Shown here: positions 13,390 to 25,462 of the stretch, piece after piece
How the letters are laid out: each line of letters opens with the position of its first letter
How positions within the stretch are numbered: the first letter of the stretch is position 1
Source of the DNA: Rhynchobatus australiae
Lineage: Eukaryota
DNA length: 64,000 bases
NCBI GenBank assembly: GCA_034780895.1
Contig: JAUZTB010000127.1
Location: forward strand, 69,020,101-69,084,100
Reading direction: 5' to 3'
The notes under the pieces: generated by a model
The model's database searches: none
The model's input: the letters and a program-made list of their open reading frames with translations, nothing else
What the model was told of the DNA's origin: nothing
Position numbers and translations under genes: made by a program

Positions 13390-13662
13390 CCTTTCTTCCT
13401 CATTTGCGTCAGGATCCAAATTATTTAAGGCATTTTCTACTCTTGCAAGTCGACCCGAGAGAGACAGCAACAGATTCACAACCTTATCCAGATCCCCAAT
13501 AAACATTCGGTACTTATCAAACTCATTTGGTTTGCAGACGTTGTTCACCATTCTTTCCGCTTCTTCGCCCAGGGCACAGTTTGCACTGATGTCTTCCAAA
13601 AGGCTCTTCTGGGCTTCATGCAACACACTGAGTTTTCTACTAAGACTGCAGATCAATTGTTG
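13390..13662 (-). CDS. shroom4: Shroom4 penultimate exon, ASD2 (ROCK-binding) domain
   Basis: Acceptor ttccacag|CAA at 13662, donor AGG|gtatgt at 13390; 273 bp, phase 0-0. [34 protein letters not shown]...[37 protein letters not shown] is the canonical ASD2 core. Confidence 0.96.
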
Positions 13663-14479
13663 CTGTGGAAATCAAGAAGAAAAAGTATGGAGTAGAGAAG
13701 TGTTAGCGTACTCCAAAGCAATTTGAAAATGTGTCACCTCCAAGTGGCATTAGCCATCCCTTAGCAGAAGCAACATGTGCACAGACCTGGAGCAGCATAA
13801 CAGCAGNNNNNNNNNNNNNNNNNNNNNNNNNNNNNNNNNNNNNNNNNNNNNNNNNNNNNNNNNNNNNNNNNNNNNNNNNNNNNNNNNNNNNNNNNNNNNN
13901 NNNNNNNNNNNNNNNNNNNNNNNNNNNNNNNNNNNNNNNNNNNNNNNNNNNNNNNNNNNNNNNNNNNNNNNNNNNNNNNNNNNNNNNNNNNNNNNNNNNN
14001 NNNNNNNNNNNNNNNNNNNNNNNNNNNNNNNNNNNNNNNNNNNNNNNNNNNNNNNNNNNNNNNNNNNNNNNNNNNNNNNNNNNNNNNNNNNNNNNNNNNN
14101 NNNNNNNNNNNNNNNNNNNNNNNNNNNNNNNNNNNNNNNNNNNNNNNNNNNNNNNNNNNNNNNNNNNNNNNNNNNNNNNNNNNNNNNNNNNNNNNNNNNN
14201 NNNNNNNNNNNNNNNNNNNNNNNNNNNNNNNNNNNNNNNNNNNNNNNNNNNNNNNNNNNNNNNNNNNNNNNNNNNNNNNNNNNNNNNNNNNNNNNNNNNN
14301 NNNNNNNNNNNNNNNNNNNNNNNNNNNNNNNNNNNNNNNNNNNNNNNNNNNNNNNNNNNNNNNNNNNNNNNNNNNNNNNNNNNNNNNNNNNNNNNNNNNN
14401 NNNNNNNNNNNNNNNNNNNNNNNNNNNNNNNNNNNNNNNNNNNNNNNNNNNNNNNNNNNNNNNNNNNNNNNNNNNNTGA

Positions 14480-14930
14480 CCAACATATTCATAAACTTCA
14501 AGACCTCTGTCAGAAGTCCTCCAATCTTCCCAGTTTTAAGAAAAAATCCATCTGCGTTCCTGATAGTTGTAATCTCTAATTCCCAGTACCATCCTTGAAA
14601 ACCTTTTTGTGCTGTCCTCAGTGTTTTTTTAGTTTAATTTCCATTTCCACTCTGTAAACTATTCCTAACCAACTTCAACATGAAGCCATTACTTCTGAAT
14701 TCAGTATCTTCAGAAATAAATCCCAGCATGTTTAACTGCTTTGCTGATCTGTAACGCTGCTTTTAATGATTTGTTCACCTGCATCTCCAAATCACTATTT
14801 TTTTGTTCCATTTAATTTCTTATATTCTAAGGTGTGAATGTTGTTTCTGATTTTCCTACAAAAATGTATCAACTTGTTTATCTTTTAAAGCTCATGTATT
14901 ACTCAATTGCCCAGACTGCACACTTTCTAA
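14480..14930 (-). mobile_element. Decayed CR1-type LINE fragment
   Basis: Resembles the reverse complement of CR1 RT/3' sequence ('cccagtaccatccttgaaaaccttttt'). Confidence 0.45.
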
Positions 14931-17145
14931 AGCTCTCTTTTATTGTTTGCATTGTTTCTTTGTGCTGATTTCGGCAGAGGTAATGATAGTGACTTTTGTA
15001 CTACCAACTTGGCTACCAAGGCAATACCATTTTAAAAGTCCTGTCAAATGTGTATTATATTCTAGTGTTTACTTGCCATCCTTAAGTGTCAAATGCATGA
15101 TAATTGCCATATGCTTCTGGGTGCAACTAGATATTTATATTTGACTTTCTAGTCCTGAATAAAGTGGGAAACAGTGATGCTGCTCCTTGAAGGTGCACTT
15201 AGTGAACCCAAGGCAATGTGTATTTAAGAAAACAATAATGGAACATCAGTAATTCTGAAAGGGCTTTTGCACATTCAATATACTTTGGGTTCAAAGTTAC
15301 CTCCTCACTTTCTTGGTCTAAAAAAAATGTGCACCAAGCCAATACATTATCTAATCACTCAATAATTCCCACAGTTAGCTGGATACATGATTATAGGAAC
15401 ACATAAATGGACTATGCTATGGTGAATGGATTTCCTCAACTATGTCTTGAGGCTGCTATACATAGAAACCAACTTTGTTTGAAAATTGGTTTGTAAGCAT
15501 CCAAAAATAAATCAAGTTCCGTTGATTATCTTGAAATAAAAGCAGGTCCAGTCTGACTATACCATTCTTTTTACACATTCATAAAGGACATTTTTGTATA
15601 TCACTGACGATCATCAAATGACAAATTGCAAATGTGGTCTCATCGTAGTTCAAGGAACCCTTATAAAATAGTTGCAAAATTATCTGTGCTTTTGCAGTTG
15701 TGGTTTGCATTTTATCCTAAGAAGATTAGGGAGGAATAACTTAAAATAAGAAACTGAAGCTCTTTCTAATGCATTTTCACATGGCCATTCATATTCCATT
15801 TAGGTAAGATGAGTGCCCTGAAGCTGTATGTGGAGATGGTGAAAAAACAAAATCACACTAATTAGCCCAGAACTCATTCCTCTAGATCTTTTGCCAATGC
15901 ATTTCTAAATGGTATTGACTGAAGCCTAGGAGCAAGATTCTAATTCTATTCATCCACCAATAACTGTGTAGTGTGGGAAAACTTGATTTATTCAATATGT
16001 GATAAAAATAAATGGCATAGGAGAAAGAGGGATGAAGAACTGATCAGCAAGACCCAAGTAGGTTAGAAGGATAGTGACTGAAGGCAATTAGACACAGACA
16101 GAACCCACCATTGCAACAAGTCATTTACTAACATATTTCCTGGAATACTTGATGTTACTTCTATCAATAACTCAACTTTAAATAGTCTTTTCTCTCCACA
16201 GCCCCCGCCGTCCCCCAACAGTCATTCATTGGATCAGATGTTTACATGAAGTGCGCGAAACTTGGGCCGAGTGGAAAGGGAGTCTGGGAACTGGGGAGGG
16301 GGTGGCACCAAAGGTGCGAGAGGGAATGTGGGAGTGAAGGAGGCAGTGCAAACATTACCTGGTGAGCCAGATGCCGAACCATTCGATAGCAGATTAGAGT
16401 TTTGTTGTTGGTTAACTTAAAATACATACATCCTAATCAATGTCTGATGTAGGGGGGTGGGGGGAGGAGAAGAGGGAATAGATGGTCTAAGTGTTTGTGC
16501 ACATCTGCATGTATATTTGCATACGTTCATGTGCACCTGACCTCGACATTAAGTACTTGATAGTCAGCATCAGTGGGCCAAAGGGCCTATTTCCATGATG
16601 TATGACTCAATGACTATAACTCTATGTCCTATCTCAGAGTAACTATAACTATATCATGCATTTAGATGCAAGGAAACATTTTGTAGCAGCAAAAGTACAT
16701 ATTTAGGTTGGATTAGAGGTGTACCATTTGGAATATAACTGCTTAAACAAAATTCACAATGCAAAGCTGCCTGTGTTGTTTGCTACAAGTTCAGCCATAT
16801 GGCCCAGGTGGCAAATCATCCTGGTGTCATCATTCTTTGATTGATTCTATCGAACCTCTGAGGTATGGGTTCCCTGCTGCGAGTCTCATAATGTTGTACT
16901 AATGGCCATTTTTTTTTAATGGTTACTACCATGGGAGAGGAATTGCAGAATAACCCAAGCATGTCTTCACGTACTAACCATAAGCTTGATAGACTTCCCT
17001 TTTACCCAGGATCATAGAAGTAAACTGTTTTGCCAAAAGAGCAACAGAGTAGAATCAGCTAACTCAGCAACCTGGATATCGGCCCAGGAGCTTACCAAGT
17101 TCAAACTAAAGCATATGGAATTGGCAAGATCAGGAAGAGACTTAC

Positions 17146-17664
17146 TTCTCTGAGTTAACATTCAGACTCAGCAGTAGTGGATTTCGTTTCTTGCGCTCAC
17201 GTGCCCGTGACAGCTCCTCTTTGCTTTCTGGAAAGATTCCACCCATCATATCCACAGCACTCTTCATCTTCGAGTTTGGATCCAGAATGTCTGCCAGAGA
17301 TTGGTCTTGCCCTGCAATGTCTCTTACCAATTCCTCTGAAGTCAACTCAGTGGGAGGTCTGCTCTTCACATCTGGACAGCACCTCACAGTCTCAATTCCC
17401 TCACCAGGATCCCAAGAGGGGCTTTTTATAATGTTTCTTTGTAATCTGCTTCCAGGTTTTACGTATATTTCTGAATCTTCCCACTTTTCATCTTGCCTGT
17501 TGATAATACTCAAGTATGATTCCCCACATCGTTGACAGCCCAGATCCACCTCATTTGTTGTAGATGGGATGTTGCCTGGGTGATAGAGTTGCTCTCCTTC
17601 AAAAGGCCAGTCTCTTCCTACTCTGGGTGACCCTGCCCCCACTGAATCCATTAACTTTTGAGTT
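17146..17664 (-). CDS. shroom4: Shroom exon with the pre-ASD2 '[30 protein letters not shown]' motif
   Basis: Acceptor tttttctttcctcag|A at 17664, donor GAGAA|gtaagt at 17146; 519 bp, phase 2-2, inside the 205-aa ORF. The motif resembles Shroom2/3 '[32 protein letters not shown]'. Confidence 0.88.
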
Positions 17665-17694
17665 CTGAGGAAAGAAAAATGAACAGTTAATATC

Positions 17695-18215
17695 TTAACT
17701 AAAGAAATGGGAGCAGGAGACGTCATCTGGTCCCTCAAACCTGCTCTGCTGTTCAACAAAAATCTTGGCTAATCTTCTAATTTAAAACCATTTTCCTCCC
17801 CTATGTCNNNNNNNNNNNNNNNNNNNNNNNNNNNNNNNNNNNNNNNNNNNCTCAGTTCTAATGCAATCAGTGACCAAACCTTCCCAGCTCAAGGGCACAT
17901 AATTCAAAAAAATACATCAGTCTTTGAGTGAAAAAAATTTATCCTCATTTCAGTCCTAAATGGCTTACCCCCCTTACTTTAAATCTGTGATGTTTACTTC
18001 TAGACTCCTCTGCCGGGGAAATCATTGTCCCCACATCTATCCTGTCAACCCCATGAATTTTGTGTTTCTATGAGGCTGCCTCTCATTCTTCTGAACTCCA
18101 GAGAACAGAGGCCCAGCTAACTCAGTATCTTTTCATTTGACAGACCCACCATCCCATAAACCTGTGAAATGAATCTTTGTTGCAATCCTTCCACAGCAAA
18201 TATTTTGGATAAAGG
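17695..18215 (-). mobile_element. CR1-type LINE 3' end
   Basis: 'gagcaggagacgtcatctggtccctcaaacctgctctgctgttcaac...cctctcattcttctgaactccagaga' is the reverse of the same CR1 tail seen elsewhere in the window. Confidence 0.65.
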
Positions 18216-19479
18216 CCTCGTTGAGCAGGCTTGGTTGATTGTGGTAAATGGGGACATGGTCAGCAGTAATCAGAGCAAAAATCTTGAAGCCAACTTGTCC
18301 CCAAAAGGGTACCCTGTTTGGCTTCCCCTTGCCATTTTCCTTTCTTCGCCACCCACCTCCCCCCACATGGGAGGTTGCATGCTTCTTGGTCACTGGACAT
18401 TCACTTCCAACAATGTGTCAGGAACCATTCCTCATTCAACTTTCCAAAGTTGTTGCAATCACAGCATTCACATGGCAGCCTCAGTTCCAAGGTAGAGCAC
18501 TTGCTGAATTTAACAGCATCAGGTCTTAGGTTCAAATCCTATTCTCAAAACCAACATGCCCAGTGTAGATCAGCAGTGTGCTGCATTGTAGGGTGTGCTT
18601 TCCCTCAGGTATGACAAACCATGGCTCCAATTGTAAATAAAGATTCCTTGTCTACTATTTTGAGAAACAGTGACCTAATTTTCTACCCAGTACAACATGC
18701 TCAAGTAGCATCAAACCAGATTACATCAGCAATGGCATTGTGAATTTTGTGACTGAATCGATAGCACTCTTTCTCCCCCTTCTCAACCACGTGACCCTAC
18801 TCCTTAGCCCCACCCCAGAATCCTGAGCATAAAATTCTAGGCTGCCTTCTGGATAGATGTCAAAATCAAGCACTCCCACTATTCACCTGCCTAGTTAGAT
18901 ACAACACATCCCAGGGCCTTATTCTGAAGCCAACTTGGAATTCTAGCCAATAAAAACTCCCCAGTGATCATTACTAAATGAAATTGCTGCCCATGGGATC
19001 CTCTAAATTAGTCACCAATTATGCTCTTTCATGCAATGCATTTCAACATCATAACTTACGTATTTTTTGTTCATTTTGCCTTTTATTCTTTTGCTAATGA
19101 TCTTAAATCTATGTTTTCTGGTTGGTCAATCTTTTTGCCACTGGAATCACTTTCCCATCATTTATTCAATCAAAACTCATCATGATTTTAAACGTTTTAA
19201 TTAAATCTCCTAATATTCCCTAATCTCTATAGGGAGTTGAATAACCTGCTAATGCAGTTTAGGGTCACAGAACTAGACCATTGGTTAACACCCAGCGTGA
19301 GCTGTTGTCAGAAATTGGGTAGATCGTGTTAGGGGGCTAGAAGTGCTGGCAACAAAATTATCATGGAATATTTATACAAGTTCTCTTTTGTGTGTTTAAA
19401 AAGCTCACTGCTGGAGAATTATATTGGTTTCTACTTTTAAATGTGTAGCAGCGGCATCAAGTGCACCAAGTCCAGTACA

Positions 19480-19790
19480 GTATAACCTCACTAAAGGAGG
19501 CCCTTCTGCCCATGAGGTATATGCCAGCTTCCTGGGGAGCAACCCAATTAGCTCTCCTTATTTCCCTGAAGTTAATTCTCCGTCACACACATCCACCAAC
19601 TTCCCTTTGAGGCTTTTTGCTATTAACGTACACTGACGGGTAATTGATAATGGCTCTTTGCGAGGGAGGAGGAAATGGGTGCAGCTGGAGGAAACCCACA
19701 GTCACAAAAATATTGCGAAAACTCCATACAGAAAGCATCCAAGGTCAGGATTGACACTTAAGCACTATTTGCTATACCACTCTGCTGCTG
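19480..19790 (-). mobile_element. V-SINE/HE1-like SINE
   Basis: 'ctggaggaaacccacagtcac...aaactccatacagaaagcatccaaggtcaggattgac' is the reverse complement of the SINE V-domain and B-box. Confidence 0.65.
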
Positions 19791-21896
19791 CAAGGGCAGC
19801 TCCCTCTGCCCTAGCCCACTAATGAANNNNNNNNNNNNNNNNNNNNNCATGGACTTTCAGGAAGCTAGATTCACAACAAAAATCACTGAAAATTATGAGA
19901 AACTTGCTCTCAATTCTATAAGGAGACTTTATTACAAATCCTCAAAAGGTACTTCATATAAACAAGTTTTAAAATGGATAGAAATGGTATGTGTGCTTGA
20001 TGGGGGATAGGGGTATGCTGATGGCAGAAAGGAAGATCTGTGATGCATCCACTAGTTGACAAAAGCTTCAACTTGAAATGTTTACTTTGTTTCTCCTCAG
20101 ATACTGTATGTAGACTGACCTGTCGATTACTTACAGCATTTTCAGCTTTTCTTTCAGATTTCTAGCTTCCAGTGATGTATTTTTTCCTAAAAATAATTAT
20201 GTTCTAATTTATATCAAACTAATTGATCTGCCATAGCGAAACTGGGAACTTAATTCTTCATGAAATATCAAAGACATTTTAATTACAACAGCTCTCAACA
20301 TTAAACAGCCCCTGAAACACAGTTCTTTGTCTTGCACTTTAAAATTAGTACTTTGTGGTATGATCACATAATGGGCATTTCAAATGAAAACTCATACAGA
20401 ATAGCTCATCTGTCTGAAATCTTCACATCCAAGAGCAACACTCTTAAATTGTACCCCATTACATCACCTGGCCCACTGCCCATGTTACCATCAGTGCCAC
20501 ATGATGCACATCCATTTTAAGACCTTATCAGCCACAGAACGGCAAAAAAAAGGTCCTACTTCACAGCATCATTTAAGGCCAATATAATTAATGTCTCTTG
20601 ATAGTTCAGAATGAGTCAATATACATGTGGTGTGGCATTGAGCCAAACAGACCATAAAAATCCCCAAGTTAGCTAATCCCTGCCAAGGAGCCAGTTGGAA
20701 TGCTGTAGTTGGCCTTAGCATCCATGGGAGCAGGAAAAACAAGTGGAAAATAACGAGACTGAGTTTTGTTCTTAATTGCTGATCCCTGCCACAAAATGTA
20801 CATGTGAACAGGATCAAATGCAGTGATTATATCTTCCATGCTTGAACAGATTACCAACTCTGTACACAAGGCTCGTACATGAATAATGGAAATTTTGACA
20901 AGGCATCACTTATGCGACTAGCACCTGGCAGACCACACCCATCAGCAATCAGTGCCTTCAGATGAGCAGAGGAAACTGTTTTTGAAAAAGGGAAATCCCC
21001 AGTACATTTAATTTAGGAGGCTCCAAGCTGAATAAAAAGCACAGAAGTTCCACACATATATCTGCACACAAAATTAGGATTTTGTATATATAACCTTTGA
21101 TTTCGGAAGAGTAAAGTTATACATTACAAGCTACTATATTTGGAATGCTGTCCTTCCCAGATTCTATTGACCTCCCAGATCAATTCCACTTGCCAACGAG
21201 TGGTAAAATTCACCATGTACTGAAAAACGGTATGTCTGTTCATCAAAAAAACATACACTTTTAAAGTAGAACATATGCTTTCTCTTTTTCAACTTTTCTT
21301 CCCCACTTGAAACTGTCTCACTGGGGCATGGCTATTTGTCCTAATATTTGTCAGTAGAGGTTATCAAAGGCTAGATTGCTTTTCTACACAAGCTGGAAAG
21401 AGCAGTGGAAGATTCAACCCTTTTCCTCGCTTCTGATCAAATGTCACATCAAAACAGGCACAAGGTCANNNNNNNNNNGAACCAGATTTAAGTGGATATC
21501 TGCATTCAGCTATAAGTTGTTAGAGAAATCAGAGTTACAAGACAATTAACTGTCAGTTTCTTAAAGCATAGAGGTATGTATTTTTTCCCATTATGGAGGG
21601 TTAACATGGTAGCAGAACCACCACCCCAATGCAGCAATTTCCCACTTTTGACTGGAAGAATTAATGGAGAAAGGCAGTGGAGGCTAAAGCTTGCAATAAG
21701 AATAGAATTGCATATATCAGAATGTTAATTGCTTCAAAAAGATGAATTTAGTTGAAATAGCAGACATCTAACAATATCCTGCCAACAAGTAATCATCTTA
21801 TCCTTCTGTCAGAGGAATGCAGGGTCACAGTTTAATTCTGGGGCAAAACCTCCACTTTAGTTTCAAACTGATTCTCATTAAATGTTATGCAATTAC

Positions 21897-24014
21897 CTTG
21901 GTATGACATCACTTTCCAGGGGCACTGCCAATTTCACCATTGACCTCTGTGACTTAGAATTATACAATGAAGACATCATATGTTCATCTGAAATAGGAAC
22001 TAAAGAGGAAGGTACTAAGCATCTTGGATTAATAAAATTGGATCCTGGATACCTGTATTCAAAGCCCATCGAGTACTCTGTACACATTTGTGATGGATGA
22101 GAATATCGTGTTGCAGTGTCCACAGCAGAGCCAGCATTTGGAGATAGATCTGAATAAGCCCAAGTTTCCCTCTCAGTGATTGGTTCTGACTTTTTCAAAC
22201 TCACTGATGTGGGCTGTGAGATTAACATAGGATCTACTTCATACTGAGCACCCCTCTGTAACCGATATTTATCCAAATCTGGCAATTCATGCAGAGACAG
22301 CTTTCGGAACTGGTACTTTTCCAAATCTGGCAATTCATGCAGAGACAGTTTCCGAGAATGGTATTTGTGTAAATCTTGCAATTCATGTTGTGACAGCTTT
22401 CGGCTCTGGTATTTCTCTAGACCTGGAAATTCACGTTGGCACCATTTCCAGGACGGAATCTTGCCCATATCTGACAATTCATGTTGGCACAGTTTCCGAG
22501 GTGGATGCTTGTCCATATCTGGCAATTCATAGTGGGACAGATTCCGGGATGGATACCTGTCCACATCTGGCAATTCATGCTGGGACAGTTTCCAGGGTGG
22601 ATACCTTTCCACATCTGGCAATTCACGCTGAGACGGTTTCCGAGGTGGATACCTTTCCACATCTGGCAATTCACGCTGAGACGGTTTCCGAGGTGGATAC
22701 CTGTCCACGCCCGGCAATTCATGCTGGGACAGTTTCCGAGGTGGATACCTGTCCACGTCCGGCAATTCATGCTGGGACAGTTTCCGAGGTGGATACCTTT
22801 CCACGTNNNNNNNNNNNNNNNNNNNNNNNNNNNNNNNNNNNNNNNNNNNNNNNNNNNNNNNNNNNNNNNNNNNNNNNNNNNNNNNNNNNNNNNNNNNNNN
22901 NNNNNNNNNNNNNNNNNNNNNNNNNNNNNNNNNNNNNNNNNNNNNNNNNNNNNNNNNNNNNNNNNNNNNNNNNNNNNNNNNNNNNNNNNNNNNNNNNNNN
23001 NNNNNNNNNNNNNNNNNNNNNNNNNNNNNNNNNNNNNNNNNNNNNNNNNNNNNNNNNNNNNNNNNNNNNNNNNNNNNNNNNNNNNNNNCCACGTCCGGCA
23101 ATTCATGCTGGGACAGTTTCCGAGGTGGATACCTTTCCACGTCCGGCAATTCATGCTGGGACAGTGTCCGAGGTGGATACTTGTCCATGTCTGGCAATTC
23201 ATGCTGGGACAGTTTCCAGGCTGGAAACTTGTCCATATCTGACAATTCATATTGGCCCAGACTCCGAGAACGGTATTTGTTCACATTTGCCAATTCATGC
23301 TGAGGTGATTTCTGGGGCTGTAACTTTTCCAAATCTGGCAACTCATGTTGGGTCACTTTCTTGAACTGGTACTTTTCTAAATCCTCCAATTCATGATGGG
23401 ATAGTTTCCTGGTCTGGTATTTTTCCAAATCTGGTAATTCACATTGGGCTACTTTCTGGGCCTTTTCCAAATTCTCCAATTCGTGTCTAGGTGGTTTCCC
23501 AAATTGGAACTTGTCTGAAACTGGCAATTCATGTTGAGACAAATTCCTAGGCTGATAGGTTTCCAAATTCAATAATTTCTGTTGCAATGGTTGTTTTCCC
23601 AAATCTATTGGTTCATGCTGAGACAGTTTCTGCAATCTGTATTTCTCCCAGTCCGGTGGTGGTGGTCTCTGTGGTGGAGATTTTTTCTTTTTTTTGTTGC
23701 TAGATAAATCATCACATCTACATGCCTCAAAATCACATGGGGTATGTTTCTCTCTTTCAGACTTTCTCAATACATCTGGTGATTCGCTACTAATGTGGTG
23801 GGTGGTACAGCTGCAGACAACTTCTCTCTGGGGAGAGTCTGGGGAATACTCAGGATAATTCAAAGGCAATGCAGTAGATGGGCTGGGTGTCTCCCAAGAA
23901 ATTTCTTGTCTCGGTTTCCTTGGCAGCCTATTCCACTCATTATTGAGATTCTCTTTTGACTTTGATTCAGAAGGTGCTTCTTGAACATTGCTCAGAGTTT
24001 GTATCTTCGTTTCT
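21897..24014 (-). CDS. shroom4: Shroom4 exon (equivalent to human exon 6) containing a 16-aa tandem repeat array
   Basis: Lies in the 711-aa ORF; acceptor tctttcag|A at 24014, donor CCAAG|gtaatt at 21897; 2118 bp including 282 N, phase 2-2. Contains KKKSPPQRPPPPDWEKYRL (human: KKAFPPPRPPPPNWEKYRL). Confidence 0.88.
22238..23659 (-). repeat. Coding minisatellite, 48-bp unit, about 30 copies (consensus LPD[VL]E[RK]YPPRKLSQHE)
   Basis: Unit on + strand ccggcaattcatgctgggacagtttccgaggtggatacctgtccacgt. About 24 units are visible. 'ccacgt' at 22801 and 23089 is 288 bp apart (6 units) across the N block. Confidence 0.95.
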
Positions 24015-24671
24015 CTGAAAGACATCAAATATTGTTATTTGATCANNNNNNNNNNNNNNNNNNNNNNNNNNNNNNNNNNNNNNNNNNNNNNNNNNNNNNN
24101 NNNNNNNNNNNNNNNNNNNNNNNNNNNNNNNNNNNNNNNNNNNNNNNNNNNNNNNNNNNNNNNNNNNNNNNNNNNNNNNNNNNNNNNNNNNNNNNNNNNN
24201 NNNNNNNNNNNNNNNNNNNNNNNNNNNNNNNNNNNNNNNNNNNNNNNNNNNNNNNNNNNNNNNNNNNNNNNNNNNNNNNNNNNNNNNNNNNNNNNNNNNN
24301 NNNNNNNNNNNNNNNNNNNNNNNNNNNNNNNNNNNNNNNNNNNNNNNNNNNNNNNNNNNNAGCACTTGTACTTGTTTGTGCATTTTATTCCTTTTATCTA
24401 TTACAATAAGCTGATATTCACCCAACTGCCAATTTGGTTGGGAAAGGTTTAAAGTAAATTGACACACAGGGAGAAATACAGATTGCAGAAACTGTCTCAG
24501 CATGAAGTAAATAGGGGCATGGGCACAACCCTATTAGCAACAGACAAGACAAAGAATGTAACTAAGGGGTGGCTATAGGATAGTAACTGAGAAAGTACTG
24601 GCACTGTAGCATGGGAGTAGAGAAGGAACTAAGTGGTATTCTAGTAGTGAGAACAAAGGAAGTGCTTGCCA

Positions 24672-25005
24672 TTGGCACAGCAGTCAGTGCTGCTGCCATA
24701 CAGTTCCACTGACTAGGTCAATCCTGATCTTGTTTGCTGTCTGTGTGAATTTTGTACGATCTCTCTGTGACTGCATGGGCCTCTTCCAGGTGCTCCAGCT
24801 TCCTCTCGCATCTCAAAATCCCGTGCTATTTGGTAGATTAATTGACTGCTTTAACTTTCCCCTGGTGTAAATGAATGGCAGGTGAATCAATGGGCATGAG
24901 AGTGAGAAAATAGATTACAGGAAATAATTTAGGGAATGGGACTGATGGGAATTCTCAGTTGGCAGAGACTCGATGGGCCAAATGGCCTCCTTCTATGTTG
25001 TAAGA
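24672..25005 (+). mobile_element. V-SINE/HE1-like SINE, near full length
   Basis: tRNA-like head, V-domain 'ctctctgtgactgcatgggcctcttccaggtgctccagcttcctc', LINE-derived tail 'gactcgatgggccaaatggcctccttct'. Confidence 0.75.
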
Positions 25006-25397
25006 AATACGACTACAAAAAAAAAGATGGTTTTAGAATGCACTTTTCAAACTACAAAGTGTGCTAAATACTTATGTGGGCTTGTGATACTGTTGTAATA
25101 AATGAAACATGACATTCCCTGGATGGGGAGATACTTTGCCACCTGTTTTGTCAGTTAGCTAATTGCTTATTATCCTCACCTCTGGATCTCTGATCACACT
25201 TGAAAACTGGGAGGGTAACACGATTCAAAGAATCAATTTGATTATTAATCTATGACTGCCTTCAGGAAGGGAACATTCAGCAATAGTTCTGAAAATTCAA
25301 CATCACAAACACGGTGAGTGTAATTTGTCAAATTAAACTGTGTGATAAATAGGGAAGAATGAAGGCACTCCATGGAATTAAATCACTAAGCTCTTAC

Positions 25398-25462
25398 CTT
25401 TCTGGTGAAGAAAACTTCCTGTTTATTATCTCAGTCTGATCCAGTTTTTCCACCGGATATCC
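25398..25462 (-). CDS. shroom4: Shroom4 small exon (equivalent to human exon 5)
   Basis: Too short for the ORF track. ttctttgcag|GGA...GAAAG|gtaaga; 65 bp, phase 0-2, exactly bridging the two large exons. Encodes GYPVEKLDQTEIINRKFSSPE(R), similar in size and motif to human 'EFPGDKWNPITGNRKTSQSGR'. Confidence 0.8.

Noticed and set aside
13731-14579. Long ORFs across N blocks (also near 673-1031, 23967-24503 and 37109-37618)
   Set aside because: Their length comes from Ns translated as X.
15230-15320. Minus-strand acceptor followed by 'YIECAKALSELL' as the missing KAELL exon
   Set aside because: The required phase reads into an immediate TGA and the similarity is superficial.
22390-23364. Long overlapping ORFs in other frames and on the + strand (324, 277 and 253 aa)
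   Set aside because: By-product of a stop-free 48-bp unit plus Ns; they end near the array edges and have no independent support.
22238-23659. CRISPR-like regular repeat
   Set aside because: Contiguous tandem units with no unique spacers, inside a spliced vertebrate exon; no cas genes.
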